DNA from: Macrostomum lignano
Taxonomy: Eukaryota
Length of the DNA: 64,000 nucleotides
Assembly (NCBI GenBank): GCA_002269645.1
Contig: NIVC01001278.1
Coordinates: 11,742-75,741 of the forward strand
Direction of reading: 5' to 3'
Numbering within the stretch: the first letter of the stretch is position 1; each line of letters starts with the position of its first letter. A program made the translations under genes and the position numbers. Positions 53,632 through 64,000 of the stretch are shown in pieces. Below the pieces are notes generated by a model. It searched no databases and had not been told where the DNA came from. It worked only from the letters and a program-made list of their open reading frames with translations.

Positions 53632-54005
53632 TACCTATCCATCAGTGGGTGAGCTACCTCCCTGTCCATCAGTGGGTGAGCTATCTGTCCATCAGTGATG
53701 AGCTAACTGTCCATCAGTGGGTGAGCTATCTGTCCATCAGTGATGAGCTAATTGTCCATCAGTAGGTAAGCTATCTGTCCATCAGTGATGAGCTACCTGT
53801 CCATCAGTGGGTAAGCTATCTGTCCATCAGTGATGAGCTACCTGTCCATCAGTGGGTAAGCTATCTGTCCATCAGTGATGAGCTACCTGTCCATCAGTGG
53901 GTGAGCTATCTGTCCATCAGTGATAAGCTAATTGTCCATCAGTGGGTGAGCTATCTGTCTATCAGTGATGAGCTAACTATCCATCAGTGGGTGAGCTACC
54001 TGTCT
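53632..54005. repeat. Alternating 22/23-bp repeat (CTGTCCATCAGTGATGAGCTA / CTGTCCATCAGTGGGTGAGCTAT)
   Basis: Tandem units forming a ~45-bp dimer. Confidence 0.9.
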
Positions 54006-55144
54006 ATTGGTATGTGTGCCTTTTTAAGTTGCACACATAGTTATTAAAAGAAGAAAAACAAAGAATAGAAGGCAAATCATTTCTAAGAATAAACTTGAAA
54101 AAAAGATATAACCAAAATGCATATACTTTGCTAGTAGTGGTGGGTGATTATTAAGACACAGAAAAAGCATACAGTGGATTGTTGTAGAAAAATGTCTGAC
54201 ATATCCAACATATCAGAGTTTTGTTTTTTTGCATCTTTGGTCATTGACATTAGCCATAAATTTGTTCCTAACTCACAAAATGATTAATGCCCATTTTTGT
54301 CAAACTGTTAGTGCAAAAATTCTTAATTCTTTATCTTAGTCTGTTAATGCTCATTAAGATTAATGCTTATTAATGGACTAGTACCCAACACTGGTTTTAG
54401 AAAACACTACTATAACAAATTTAGAGGTACCCACTATATTTTTGGAATTCAACAAAAGATTGTAGAATATAGAAAAAAGGGTTTGTAGATAATTCTTCTT
54501 TTAATGAATTATATTAATATGCCATTATTCACTAGCAGATTATAATATATATTATAGTATATATGAATTAAAGGGACTTGATATAAAACCATCTTGTACC
54601 AAAATATCTACTAGCACTAAAGTATCTTCATTAGTATGTTCATATAAACTAGTAGAAACATGCATTGTGTTAAAGATTAATTATTTGAGTTTTTTTAAAT
54701 CATGTACTAAAAACAACCAATTTTGCTAAAGAAATTATATTTATATTAGTTTAGGGATAAAGTTAATCAATCATAGTAAAGTATATAATAAGCCAAGTAG
54801 CTAATTGATTTTGTCGTTATCTTTAGTTCTATGCTATAAATGTTATTTGGTAATATTGCTTGGTTTTATTATGTACTTTACACAATAATTATGTACTTGC
54901 TACTTTATCTGTACTTGTATTGCCTGTGTTGGCTTTTATTGTCTATTGTTTTAGCTATTAGTTTCATCTGCCATTTTTGGCATTACCCTGTCCCCATTAC
55001 CTTTTTTCATCTTTTTTTCATTTGTAACAACTCATTATATCCCAAGTATAGATTCAAATCCCAAGGAAAGATTCAAACCAAATATAGCACTTTGCACTAT
55101 ATGTATCCTCTGTTTAAATTTTCGGCTTGCTGAACTCAGACGCA

Positions 55145-55653
55145 ATGGAGCTGGATCTATATAAAACTGAAGCATTCCCCGACCTCACCAGGTCATCCGG
55201 TGTGCCTACATTCTCGCTAGAGGACAGTCTGCCCTCTTATCCAGTGCCAAAGCTGTCTGACACTCTTGACCTTTATTTGTCATCCACGCGACCTTTCCTA
55301 ACGGACTCGGAGTTTGCCGCCACCAGAGACTTGGCTCGCCAGTTCGAATTGGGCATCGGCCGCGAACTGCAGGCTCGGCTTGAGCAGAGGGCAGCTGAGC
55401 AGAGGAACTGGCTGGCTGAATGGTGGAGGCACTATGCCTATCTGACGAACAGGACTGCACTGCATCCTCTGCTCAACATGGCCGGGGTCGGGCCTTATCA
55501 CCATCAGTACTGGCCTGCTAGAGACGGTTCAGCAACCGAGCGAGCCGCCATGATGTGCCGGTACTATGCTGTGGTGTGGAAAAGTCTGCGCGAACAGACT
55601 TTTCCTGTGGATAAGAATGCGGCTGGGAAATATATGTCTATGGAACAGTTTAG
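55145..55653 (+). CDS. CROT: Carnitine O-octanoyltransferase-like (choline/carnitine acyltransferase family), first coding exon; rest not in window
   Basis: TFSLEDSLPSYPVPKLSDTLDLYL..GIGRELQARLEQRA..RNWLAEWW..AYL..YWP..MEQFR parallels CROT TFQYQDSLPSLPVP..RNWLEEWW..HYWPP..MNQFR; AG|gtgagt donor. Confidence 0.88.
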
Positions 55654-56946
55654 GTGAGTGTGGTCTGTGCATGGCCAGTGTCACATCTTACAGATCCCAC
55701 GTCACCAGATCCCATGTCCTCGTCCTCAGATCTTATAGTCTCTCAGATCCGATACTCTCAGATCCCATGCTCTCAGATCCCATACCCTCAGATCCCATAC
55801 TCTCAGATCCGATACCCGTATAGAAAATTGACGGTCACCAAAAAAGTTTGTGACCATTGATGTGCGACTGTGCGGTGACCGTACTTTGTGACCGTGAAGG
55901 TCAACCGGTGACCGTGCCCCGAGACGCACTTGACCGTGAAATGTGACCGTCCATGGTCACCATGGACCTGTCACCTGTCACCATACCGTGACCGTCAACT
56001 GTAACCGTATATTGTGACCGTCACCCGTGACCATACCGTGACCGTCAAGTGTAACCGTATATTGTGACCGTCACCCGTGACCATACCGTGACCGTCAACT
56101 GTAACTGTATATTGTGACCGTCACCTGTCAGCATACCGTAACCGTCAACTGTAACTGCCGCATAGCTGTGGTTGTGTGACGACACTATGAGCAACATTTG
56201 ACCATAAACGGTGACTGTCCCCTTGACAGTCGTGATCATTCAGTTTGACCGTTTGTTGTGAATGTCGTGTGACACTCACGTCGAAGTACTGTGACCAGAG
56301 AGTGTGACAGTGACCGTTGACAGGACACGTGAATATACCGCGAAGGTTAAAAGCAGGAAGGGTCGAGAACGCGAAGTCAAACTGATATGACTATTTAGTC
56401 GATAGAGCTGAGCAAAACCGCCCAAGCTACTGTTAAAAATGCTATGTTTGTATGTATGTATGTATGTATGTAAATTAGGAGGGTATAGGAGGTTTTTAAA
56501 TGTACGCAGGCAATAAATGAAGAGAAAAGAACATATTGTGATTCATATATATATTGGGGCGGCCAGACTGTACGCGACCGGCAGCACCAGTGCAGCCGCA
56601 CTGGAAAACCCCCAACCTCTGTCTAGCTGAGGTGGGGTGGTTGCGCACCGCGCTAGCCGGCTCGCTAAGCCAGGGGGTTGGCGTAGCCAATCACGCCACG
56701 CCACCTGTTTCGCACCTCCCTTGGCTTGCCCCCTCAATCTGGTGTTGTTTGTAAATATATAATTACACGCGCAAAGCAGCACAAACTCTTCGCTGCCATT
56801 CCATCTATTGAACTAAAAGGCCTTCCGCCTCAATATATATATATATTGTGAATAAGAATATATCAGGTATAAGAATATATCATAATATATATTCATATAC
56901 ATATATATGAATCACGATGCGTGGCGAAGAAAGAGCGATCGTACTG

Positions 56947-57200
56947 CTGCAATTAGCGTCGTTTGGCCTCAATAAAATGAGCAGTCGTACTGCAATTAGC
57001 GCCGTTTGGCCTCAATAAAATGAGCAATTTTACTGCAATTAGCGCCATTTGGCCTCAATAAAATGAGCAATTGTACTGCAATTAGCGCCGTTTGGCCTCA
57101 ATAAAATGAGCAATTGTACTGCAATTAGCGCCGTTTGGCCTCAATAAAATGAGCAATTGTACTGCAATTAGCGCCGTTTGGCCTCGATAGAATGAGCAAT
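56947..57200. repeat. 43-bp tandem repeat x6 (ACTGCAATTAGCGCCGTTTGGCCTCAATAAAATGAGCAATTGT)
   Basis: Direct reading; immediately 3' of the BEN ORF stop. Confidence 0.95.
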
Positions 57201-57214
57201 CGCGGCTACTGTGA

Positions 57215-58806
57215 TCAATGGGCGGCAAGCTCAATTGAGGTTGCAACGGGCTCGTTGCTCGTTGCTTTCTCGACATCCCCGCTGGCAGACTCGTCGCTGT
57301 TTACAGAACTTGAGGCAGCAGCAGAACTCGATGCAGCGGCAGAACTCGGGGCAGCGGCAGAAGTCGGGGCAGCGGCAGAAGTCGGGGCAGCACCGGCACC
57401 AGCAGCCCGTTTCCTCTTCTTGCGCTGCTGGCTGCCTGCATCTTTATTTGATTCTTTATCAGTGCCGTGCTTGCGCTTCGCGCTGTAGGCGGTGCCTTTG
57501 AATACCGTCGACCAGGTTGCCTGTGGGATTTTGACAGGCAGCTTGAGTCGCTTCACGAAGCCTTCAATTGCTCTCTTCTTATCGGACGGCACAGCCGCCT
57601 TCGCCTTATCGGCGAGGCGTTTGGTTTTGCGTCCCGTGTAGGAGCAAGTTAACAGCTCCTCCGTGCTGAAGACAGCTTTATACAGGGTGCGAAGCAGTTC
57701 CTTGGCATGCGAAACTTGCAGGCCACCCCCAAGTATTTCCGGGACATTTGTCGAATAGACGCGTAGTCGTCTTCGCTGACGGTGACGCCTGGACTCCGGG
57801 CGCTTAAGATAATACGCCTTTTGGCGGCAGCAGCCTCTTGCTGAAGTCGCAGCAACGCAGCTTCAGCGCTGGCATCCAAGTTTGCGTCGTCCTCCGCCGA
57901 TAATGGCATAGCCTCGTGGCAGTCCAGTGCGTTGATTGTCCGCCGATTGGCGCCTGAAGCTGATAGACCTGGTATGTCGGACAGGCGGATGCGCAAAAAG
58001 TCTGTAGAAGCTGCTGCTGCTGCGCCTGCGTTCCCCTCTTGGACAACTACTGCATTCTGCAGCAGCTCAATAGCAGCAAAGACCGCCTCTTGCAGGTCTG
58101 CAGCGTACCTCTGCGAAGCAGTGTCGGCACCGGAAACAGTAGCAGTTGGTTGGGTTCCGTTTTCAGGTCCTGATTCAGTTGAGTTAAGCAAACGTGAGAG
58201 TTCTTTGGTGAGTTCCGCATTTTTGCGTTCTGCTAATTCCATCTTCTCCTTATAACCCTGGGACTCTAGCTGAGCGTCCTCTAGCTGGCTCTCCAGAGAG
58301 TCTATTTGCCGGCGTCGGCTCTCACGCTCTTCGTCACTGCTGGACTGCAGGTTGTCCACAATGGCGCGCAGCGACGCCAATTCCTGGCGAAGTGAAGTAC
58401 TAGAGGCACACCCGTTCGGCAGCGTAATGCCCGTGTTTTGTGCTGGCAAACATGAGTTCACATGGGACTCGGCGGCCAGCTTAGTTTTATATGGGCCCTT
58501 GAGGAGTCGAACACGGTACACCTTGCTGCCAGGCTTTCCTGGCCGAAGAGTGACGAAGTCGTCCACTGACAGTACCCGGCTACTGTCTCTGCTTGAGTCC
58601 GGAAGGATGCACTTCTCAGAGTAAACTCCAAGCTGCCCGCCATCCCCCTCGGCGTACTCCACAATCCAGAAACGCGATACGCCTTTGCTTGGCGCTGAAG
58701 TGCCTTTGCCCGGCGCTGAAGTGCCTTTGCCCGGCGCTGATGCGCCTTCCCTTGGTGCTGACTCCGCTGTCGCAAGCGATCGACTGCATCTACTACTGGA
58801 GCTCAT
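57215..58806 (-). CDS. Coiled-coil + BEN-domain protein (~530 aa if one frameshift at 57726-57730 is corrected)
   Basis: N-terminal beta-rich segment FWIVEY..LSVDDFV..VYRVRLL; heptad region LRQELASLRAIVDNLQ..ELTKELSRL; BEN-like AKELLRTLYKAVFSTEELLTCSYTGRK..KKRAIEGFV. Confidence 0.7.
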
Positions 58807-59185
58807 AGTAGAGAATTAATCACGACCTGGAAAGGCGAGGGGGCAGATCGTCGTAGTAAAAAGGGAATTTAGTGACGACAAACGGGAGCCTAAGTACATG
58901 GGATATTTTCGTATATATACATATTACGCAGGTACACGGTGTATAATGAACCGGACAAATAAATGAGCAACAAATGCGCCGGCCAATAAACAAAAGTAAG
59001 GAAGCAGGATTCGGCTTTTATTATTAATAGTAGTGGAGATATTTACTTTTTATAAACACCGGATGACGATGTTATATACAGTAGCACAGAAGAATTGTAT
59101 ATATAACATGCCCTATCGGCGTAGACGGGTGCGCCCTATATCGGCGTAGACAGGCACAGACATAGAGCTATGGAAGTCTATATAG

Positions 59186-60496
59186 CTAGTTAGCTGGTGA
59201 CACAGCAGGACCAAAGTCCCAGTAGCACGATAAAACCGCCAGAAAGGCGTCTGCGAAGCACGCATAATGAATGTTCCAGCGGCAATCGATGAGACCGGCT
59301 ATTACACGGACCAGTCGACGCAGGCTGGCGGAGCGACCGCCTCGGATTTGGCCATAGGCGCCGCGGCGAGTCTCTTCGGGCGGTCGAATATTTGCTTTCT
59401 TGGCGGCTGCCCATATGCGTCTCTCGCTCTGATTAAGAAACGAGCGCCACTCAGCTTGTCGACTATTGGACGGGCCAGGACCAGCAGTACGGACGACGCC
59501 GGTGTCACGCACGTGTTCGCAGTAGATGTCTACGACACTGCGGACACAGGGATAGGCATCATCATGCTTATATAAAGCGACGAACCAGAGAGCCGTAGTC
59601 AGCGCGACTCGGCCAGCAAAAATCGCTTTCGGTTGGGGAAGGCCGTCGTCAAAGTCACTTTCTGTGTCAAGGAGAATATTTTTAAGTTGACGCACAGCAG
59701 GGTCGCTGCTATGCATCGAGTGCCATGCCTCTGGCCAATCGCTGCCCTTGTCGAGAAGGATGATGCAATGCTCGCAATATTTATCACTTGCGTCGACATC
59801 CGGATCGTCGCCGACTGGCGGCTGGGCAGCGTCGCCGACTGGCGGCTGGGCAGCGTCGCCGACTGGCGGCTGGGCAGCGTCGCCGACTGGCGGCTGGGCA
59901 GCGTCGCCGACTGGCGGCTGGGCAGCGTCGCCGACTGGCAGCTGGGCAGCGACTGGCGGCTGGGCAGCGTCGCCGACTGGCGGCTGGGCAGCGACTGGGG
60001 GCTGGGCAGCGTCGCCGACTGGCGGCTGGGCAGCGACTGGGGGCTGGGCAGCGTCGCCGACTGGCGGCTGGGCAGCGACTGGGGGCTGGGCAGCGACTGG
60101 GGGCTGGGCAGCGTCGCCGACTGGCGGCTGGGCAGCGACTGGGGGCTGGGCAGCGTCGCCGACTGGCGGCTGGGCAGCGACTGGGGGCTGGGCAGCGACT
60201 GGGGCTGGGCAGCGTCGCCGACTGGCGGCTGGGCAGCGACTGGGGGCTGGGCAGCGTCGCCGACTGGCGGCTGGGCAGCGACTGGGGGCTGGGCAGCGTC
60301 GCCGACTGGGCACGGTCGAGCCGATAGGCGGGTCATTAGCTGGCATCTGCTGCGCAGTCAGCAGACGCACATCCAGCCGTAAACCGGCTCTGTCGGTAGA
60401 CAGCTGCATAAGCAGCTGTACAACAAACTCTTCGCGCTCTATGTTGCCCGTGTGCGCTGGAAATTTAAAGGGGGAGGCGTGGCGTAAAATGCACAT
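59186..60496 (-). CDS. Orphan protein (436 aa) with PPVGDAAQ repeat linker, transposon-borne
   Basis: Long GC-rich ORF; ~215-aa non-repetitive C-terminal part is open; TATA-like element at 60516-60524 and minus-strand AATAAA near 59020. Confidence 0.6.
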   Translation of the reverse strand: MCILRHASPFKFPAHTGNIEREEFVVQLLMQLSTDRAGLRLDVRLLTAQQMPANDPPIGSTVPSRRRCPAPSRCPAASRRRCPAPSRCPAASRRRCPAPVAAQPPVAAQPPVGDAAQPPVAAQPPVGDAAQPPVAAQPPVAAQPPVGDAAQPPVAAQPPVGDAAQPPVAAQPPVGDAAQPPVAAQLPVGDAAQPPVGDAAQPPVGDAAQPPVGDAAQPPVGDAAQPPVGDDPDVDASDKYCEHCIILLDKGSDWPEAWHSMHSSDPAVRQLKNILLDTESDFDDGLPQPKAIFAGRVALTTALWFVALYKHDDAYPCVRSVVDIYCEHVRDTGVVRTAGPGPSNSRQAEWRSFLNQSERRIWAAAKKANIRPPEETRRGAYGQIRGGRSASLRRLVRVIAGLIDCRWNIHYACFADAFLAVLSCYWDFGPAVSPAN

Positions 60497-60802
60497 GTAA
60501 TTACGTAGTGGGTAGTTATATATACCTACCGATTAATTACTGATCCCAACAGTGACTGCACTGTCTAATTTTCTAGTGTTATAAAAGTTACTAAAATTAT
60601 TTAAAACGAAGAATCCGCGAAACAGCGGAAGGAACAGCGACTATTTAATTAACAATTTATTAACTACTGGACCTTCAGTGTGGTTCGAGAAACCCGATCA
60701 CGGAAACAGCAGTAGCAATATAAATTATTGTTGTATTATTGTTACAATTATTGTAAAATATAGTTATACAATTACAATATTACTGTTACACCGTACTGGA
60801 GG

Positions 60803-61216
60803 TCACACAGTGGTATTTATGGTCCCCTCGGCATCCTCTGCCGCCTCTGACAGCAAGTCGTTCATACCATCATTGTACCAATATTTGTTCACGTAAACCT
60901 CATGCTCGCAGACGTTAAAAGAACGGTTGTACACCGGAGACGACAAACTTTCCGACTGCACAATACGTTTATTAACCAGCCTGCTGACGCCAGAGTCGGC
61001 GCCACCGCCAGAGTCGGCGCCACCGCCACCGCTCACTAGCATGCACTTGTACGGGTCTGGACGCTGAGGGGGCGCCCAGTTCCCGTACAGTTGCTTTTGA
61101 TAGCCAGATAGGCTTCCTATTGGGCGCCACGCAGTCGCGAACGCTGCAAGTGTTTTGGATGGGGTTTGACCGCTGATCGTATACGATCGAATACGTATTA
61201 TACAGTTACACTTCAA
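60803..61216 (-). CDS. Small orphan ORF (137 aa from TTG; 79 aa from first ATG at 61042), possibly an exon
   Basis: GC-rich ORF between AT-rich spacers; minus-strand TATAAATA at 61259-61266. Confidence 0.35.
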   Translation of the reverse strand: MKCNCIIRIRSYTISGQTPSKTLAAFATAWRPIGSLSGYQKQLYGNWAPPQRPDPYKCMLVSGGGGADSGGGADSGVSRLVNKRIVQSESLSSPVYNRSFNVCEHEVYVNKYWYNDGMNDLLSEAAEDAEGTINTTV

Positions 61217-61296
61217 GAAATATAGCTGCTTCGGGTGTATATACTAGATAGTATAAAGTATTTATACGTACAATTATTGGGCAATACCTTATCGAT

Positions 61297-64000
61297 CTAT
61301 GCAGCGTAAGAGAATTGCAAATGCGGTAGGAAGGCCACGTGACTGTCCGAGACGCAGCACGGCCGAACTACTGCAGTCTCCATCGGATCGACTTCAAAGT
61401 AGAACCGGGACACGTCAACAAAAGGACTGCGCAGCAGTCGTCGCACATGCAGTAGTGCACAGCCGCCATGCAGGCGCCTTCCGAAAAAACCGATACAGCG
61501 GGTTGTCCCGTGGCTCAATGTACTCCTCAGTTAACAGTCGCCGCACCTTCAGCTTCGCATGTGCCTGCACCACACAGATCGACTCGATTCGGCCGAACTC
61601 GAAGCGAAGAGACTCGCCGACGGTGTTGACAGAAAAGGCAATGAAGCAGGACGCGTATCGTGTGAAGCGCAATTGCGGCCGGAATACCTCCAATTCACAG
61701 CCGTCGGGCAGCACGAGCCGTGTGTAGACACGCCTTGCTCTGTCTTGGAACAGCCTGCGCGCCGACAACTTTCGCTTCAATGCCCAACAGTGACAAGAGG
61801 TAGCGATTCGCTGCTTTGCGAGTGACTAATTTCACCAGCCTTATGGCGGCGTGACGCGTTCCATGGATGTTCGATCGCAATTTCCCATGCGTGGATTCGA
61901 AGAGGCCAGCGGAAACTCTGTAAATAGGACCGAATAGCATGCCAACCATACCGAAGTGCTCAGCCACTTGATGTGCATTGAACGTCAGCATGGTGTCGTC
62001 ATATAGAGCACTCAGTGCCCTGTAAAAGTGCTTCAGAGTTGCGTCTGCTCGCAATATCTGCGCGTGGCTCGTACCCTCCATGGCTAGCGTAAAGATGCCG
62101 GAGGAAAGGAGCATGAAGTGGTCGAAGTGGTCCCTGGGAAGAACACCGTCCAGAACCATTGGAGCATAAACCAGAAGCAGAGTCTCCAGTTCATGTCCTC
62201 GGATATGTCCCAGTTCGTGCATTGTGCGCGGCCTCCTTTGATGCGACGAAGGGACGTGCAGCGATGCGAGACGAGCATCCACTTCGGCGATATGCCTGGA
62301 CATTTCCGGAGCGGCGCTCAGCCTTGATGGCTTCTTGCCGATAGGCAGGAACAACTGCTCAAAAATACGGCGCACCGAGCCAGTCAGCAGTTGGTGCAAA
62401 TAACATGGCGGACAGCCTCTCACGTAGTCGAAGCCTTCTAGACGACAGAGCGGTGATAGACCCACGACGCCTAGATTGTGTTCACGACTAATGGGCTTCG
62501 TGTTGGCCAGCATGACGGTGTCCGCCAAGTTTCTCGCATTGGGCTGCGTAACGTTCGCATTTACTGCGGCTTGTAGGGCGGCATCCGAAAGTGTCTCCGG
62601 GAAGATCCTAGCGTTACCTCCGCGGTCTGTGTCGTGCAAGGTGACGGTATAGCACATCTCGCAGCCGTATTCAGCGTTGAACTGCCGCATGCACTTAGTT
62701 TCTGCTCTTTGCGGAGCGTCCATAATAAACATACGCTCGTATAAGGATGAAATCGCAATGTTCCACACTGCCTGCCGTCGGCTCCACCACCGCGTGTGAA
62801 TGTGATACCTTCGGAACGCAATGACTTAAGCTGCTCCACCAGCCACGGCAAGTATGCCGTAGAGCGCAATTTGCGTTTGCCTGCCCATACGCCACACACA
62901 AGTAAAAATCGGCTCTTCATTTTGTCCGTCACCTCGTTTATACTCAGGTAGACCGGACAGAGCTCCATTGTTGCTCGTTTAAAGACAGGAAATCCGTCAA
63001 TACACACAATGTAGGTGAGGTCGCTTCGCGCACCCAAATCAATCGACCGCTTGAATTCAGCGTAAGCAACACTGCTTCCCATGTGTAGCCAATTCGCGTG
63101 AGCGGGCTGATCCACGGAAAAATTACGTGCCGAAGCAGGCGACAATCTTCTATCAGTAATCGCAATTGACTGCGTATGTCCATTTGCCAGAATGTTCCCA
63201 CAGCTGAAGGCACAATGCGGACGCGACAATACGGACAGTTGACTGCTTCCTTGGGAACGATTGCGTGTTCGCAAAGCATACAGTACAGAACAGGTGTGCT
63301 CTTCTTGTAGGAGAATGGCGTCAGTTCAAGAAATTTAATCAACCGATGCGTCGTGTGCGGAAATGCTGCATTCTCCGGCAGTATATTGCCCGTGTAGGAC
63401 AGCAACTTTTGGATGTCCTTGTCTGATAACTTTAACTCTATGGCTAGCTTCTGCACGCGTGTCGCTATTGTCGCATATGACTGCGTTGCACTTCATAGGC
63501 GGGCATATCAATGAGGTGCTGCAACTTGGCTGCGTCGGTTGCACGCTCGTCATCGCTGCTGCTCCGCCACTGTCAGCGGCGCCTTCAACGCCGTTAGGCT
63601 CACCGTCACTGGCGCTTGCCTCACAGTCATTGGCGCCTGGCTCATCGTCACTGGCGCTTGGCTCGCTGTCACTGGCGCTTGGCTCGCTGTCACTGGCGCT
63701 TGACTCGCTGCACTGGCACTTGACTCGCTGTCACTGGCGCTTGACTCGCTGTCACTGGCGCTTGGCTCACGTCATTGGCGCCTGGCTCGCCGTCACTGGC
63801 GCCTGGCTCACCGTCACTGGCGCTTGGCTCGCTGTCACTGGCGCTTGATTCGCTGTCACTGGCGCTTGCTCACCGTCATTGGCGCTGGCTCGCCGTCACT
63901 GGGCTGGCTCACCGTCACTGGCGCTTGGCTCGCTGTCACTGGCGCTTGACTCGCTGCTGCTGCTGCTGCTGCTAGATGATCGCTTTCTTTTCCTCGTACC
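61297..64000 (-). CDS. CMC/EnSpm DDE transposase, frameshifted, N-terminus beyond window
   Basis: Overlapping ORFs give KLSDKDIQKLL, YCMLC..CPYC, CIDGFPVFK..CPVYLSINE..LVCGVWAG, MDAPQRA..QFNAEYGCEMC, PCYLHQLLTG, RGHELETLLLVY, FESTHGKL, typical of animal EnSpm transposases. Confidence 0.85.

Larger units (their letters stand above)
55815..64000 (-). mobile_element. CMC/EnSpm (CACTA-like) DNA transposon with multi-gene cassette; continues past window end
   Basis: Transposase motifs at 61297-64000; BEN-domain partner gene; candidate terminus CCCGTATAG at 55815 followed by GTGACCGT-rich subterminal zone; left boundary is inferred. Confidence 0.7.

Overview
Eukaryotic (animal) genomic DNA. The very high density of 15-50 bp minisatellites and the GC-rich exons resemble a free-living flatworm such as Macrostomum; this taxonomic call is inference only. 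Host genes, all on the + strand: (1) transportin-1/karyopherin-beta2, with 9 coding exons traced by hand at 306-14397 (only the first ~30 aa lie outside the window); (2) after a ~23 kb repeat-rich gene-free interval, a 3-exon FoxC forkhead gene (38141-42619, 647 aa); (3) the first coding exon of a carnitine O-octanoyltransferase-like gene (55145-55653). Between FoxC and CROT is a transposon cluster: a degenerate Ty3/Gypsy element with an intact -1 frameshift signal, an internally deleted RTE-type LINE, and a Tc1 fragment folded back into an 85-bp inverted repeat. The most unusual feature runs from ~55815 to the window end, inside the CROT intron and antisense to it. It is a CMC/EnSpm (CACTA-like) DNA transposon carrying a compact cassette of four co-oriented genes: the transposase, two orphan ORFs, and a coiled-coil + BEN-domain protein. 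Most long ORFs in the supplied track are artefacts of tandem repeats.
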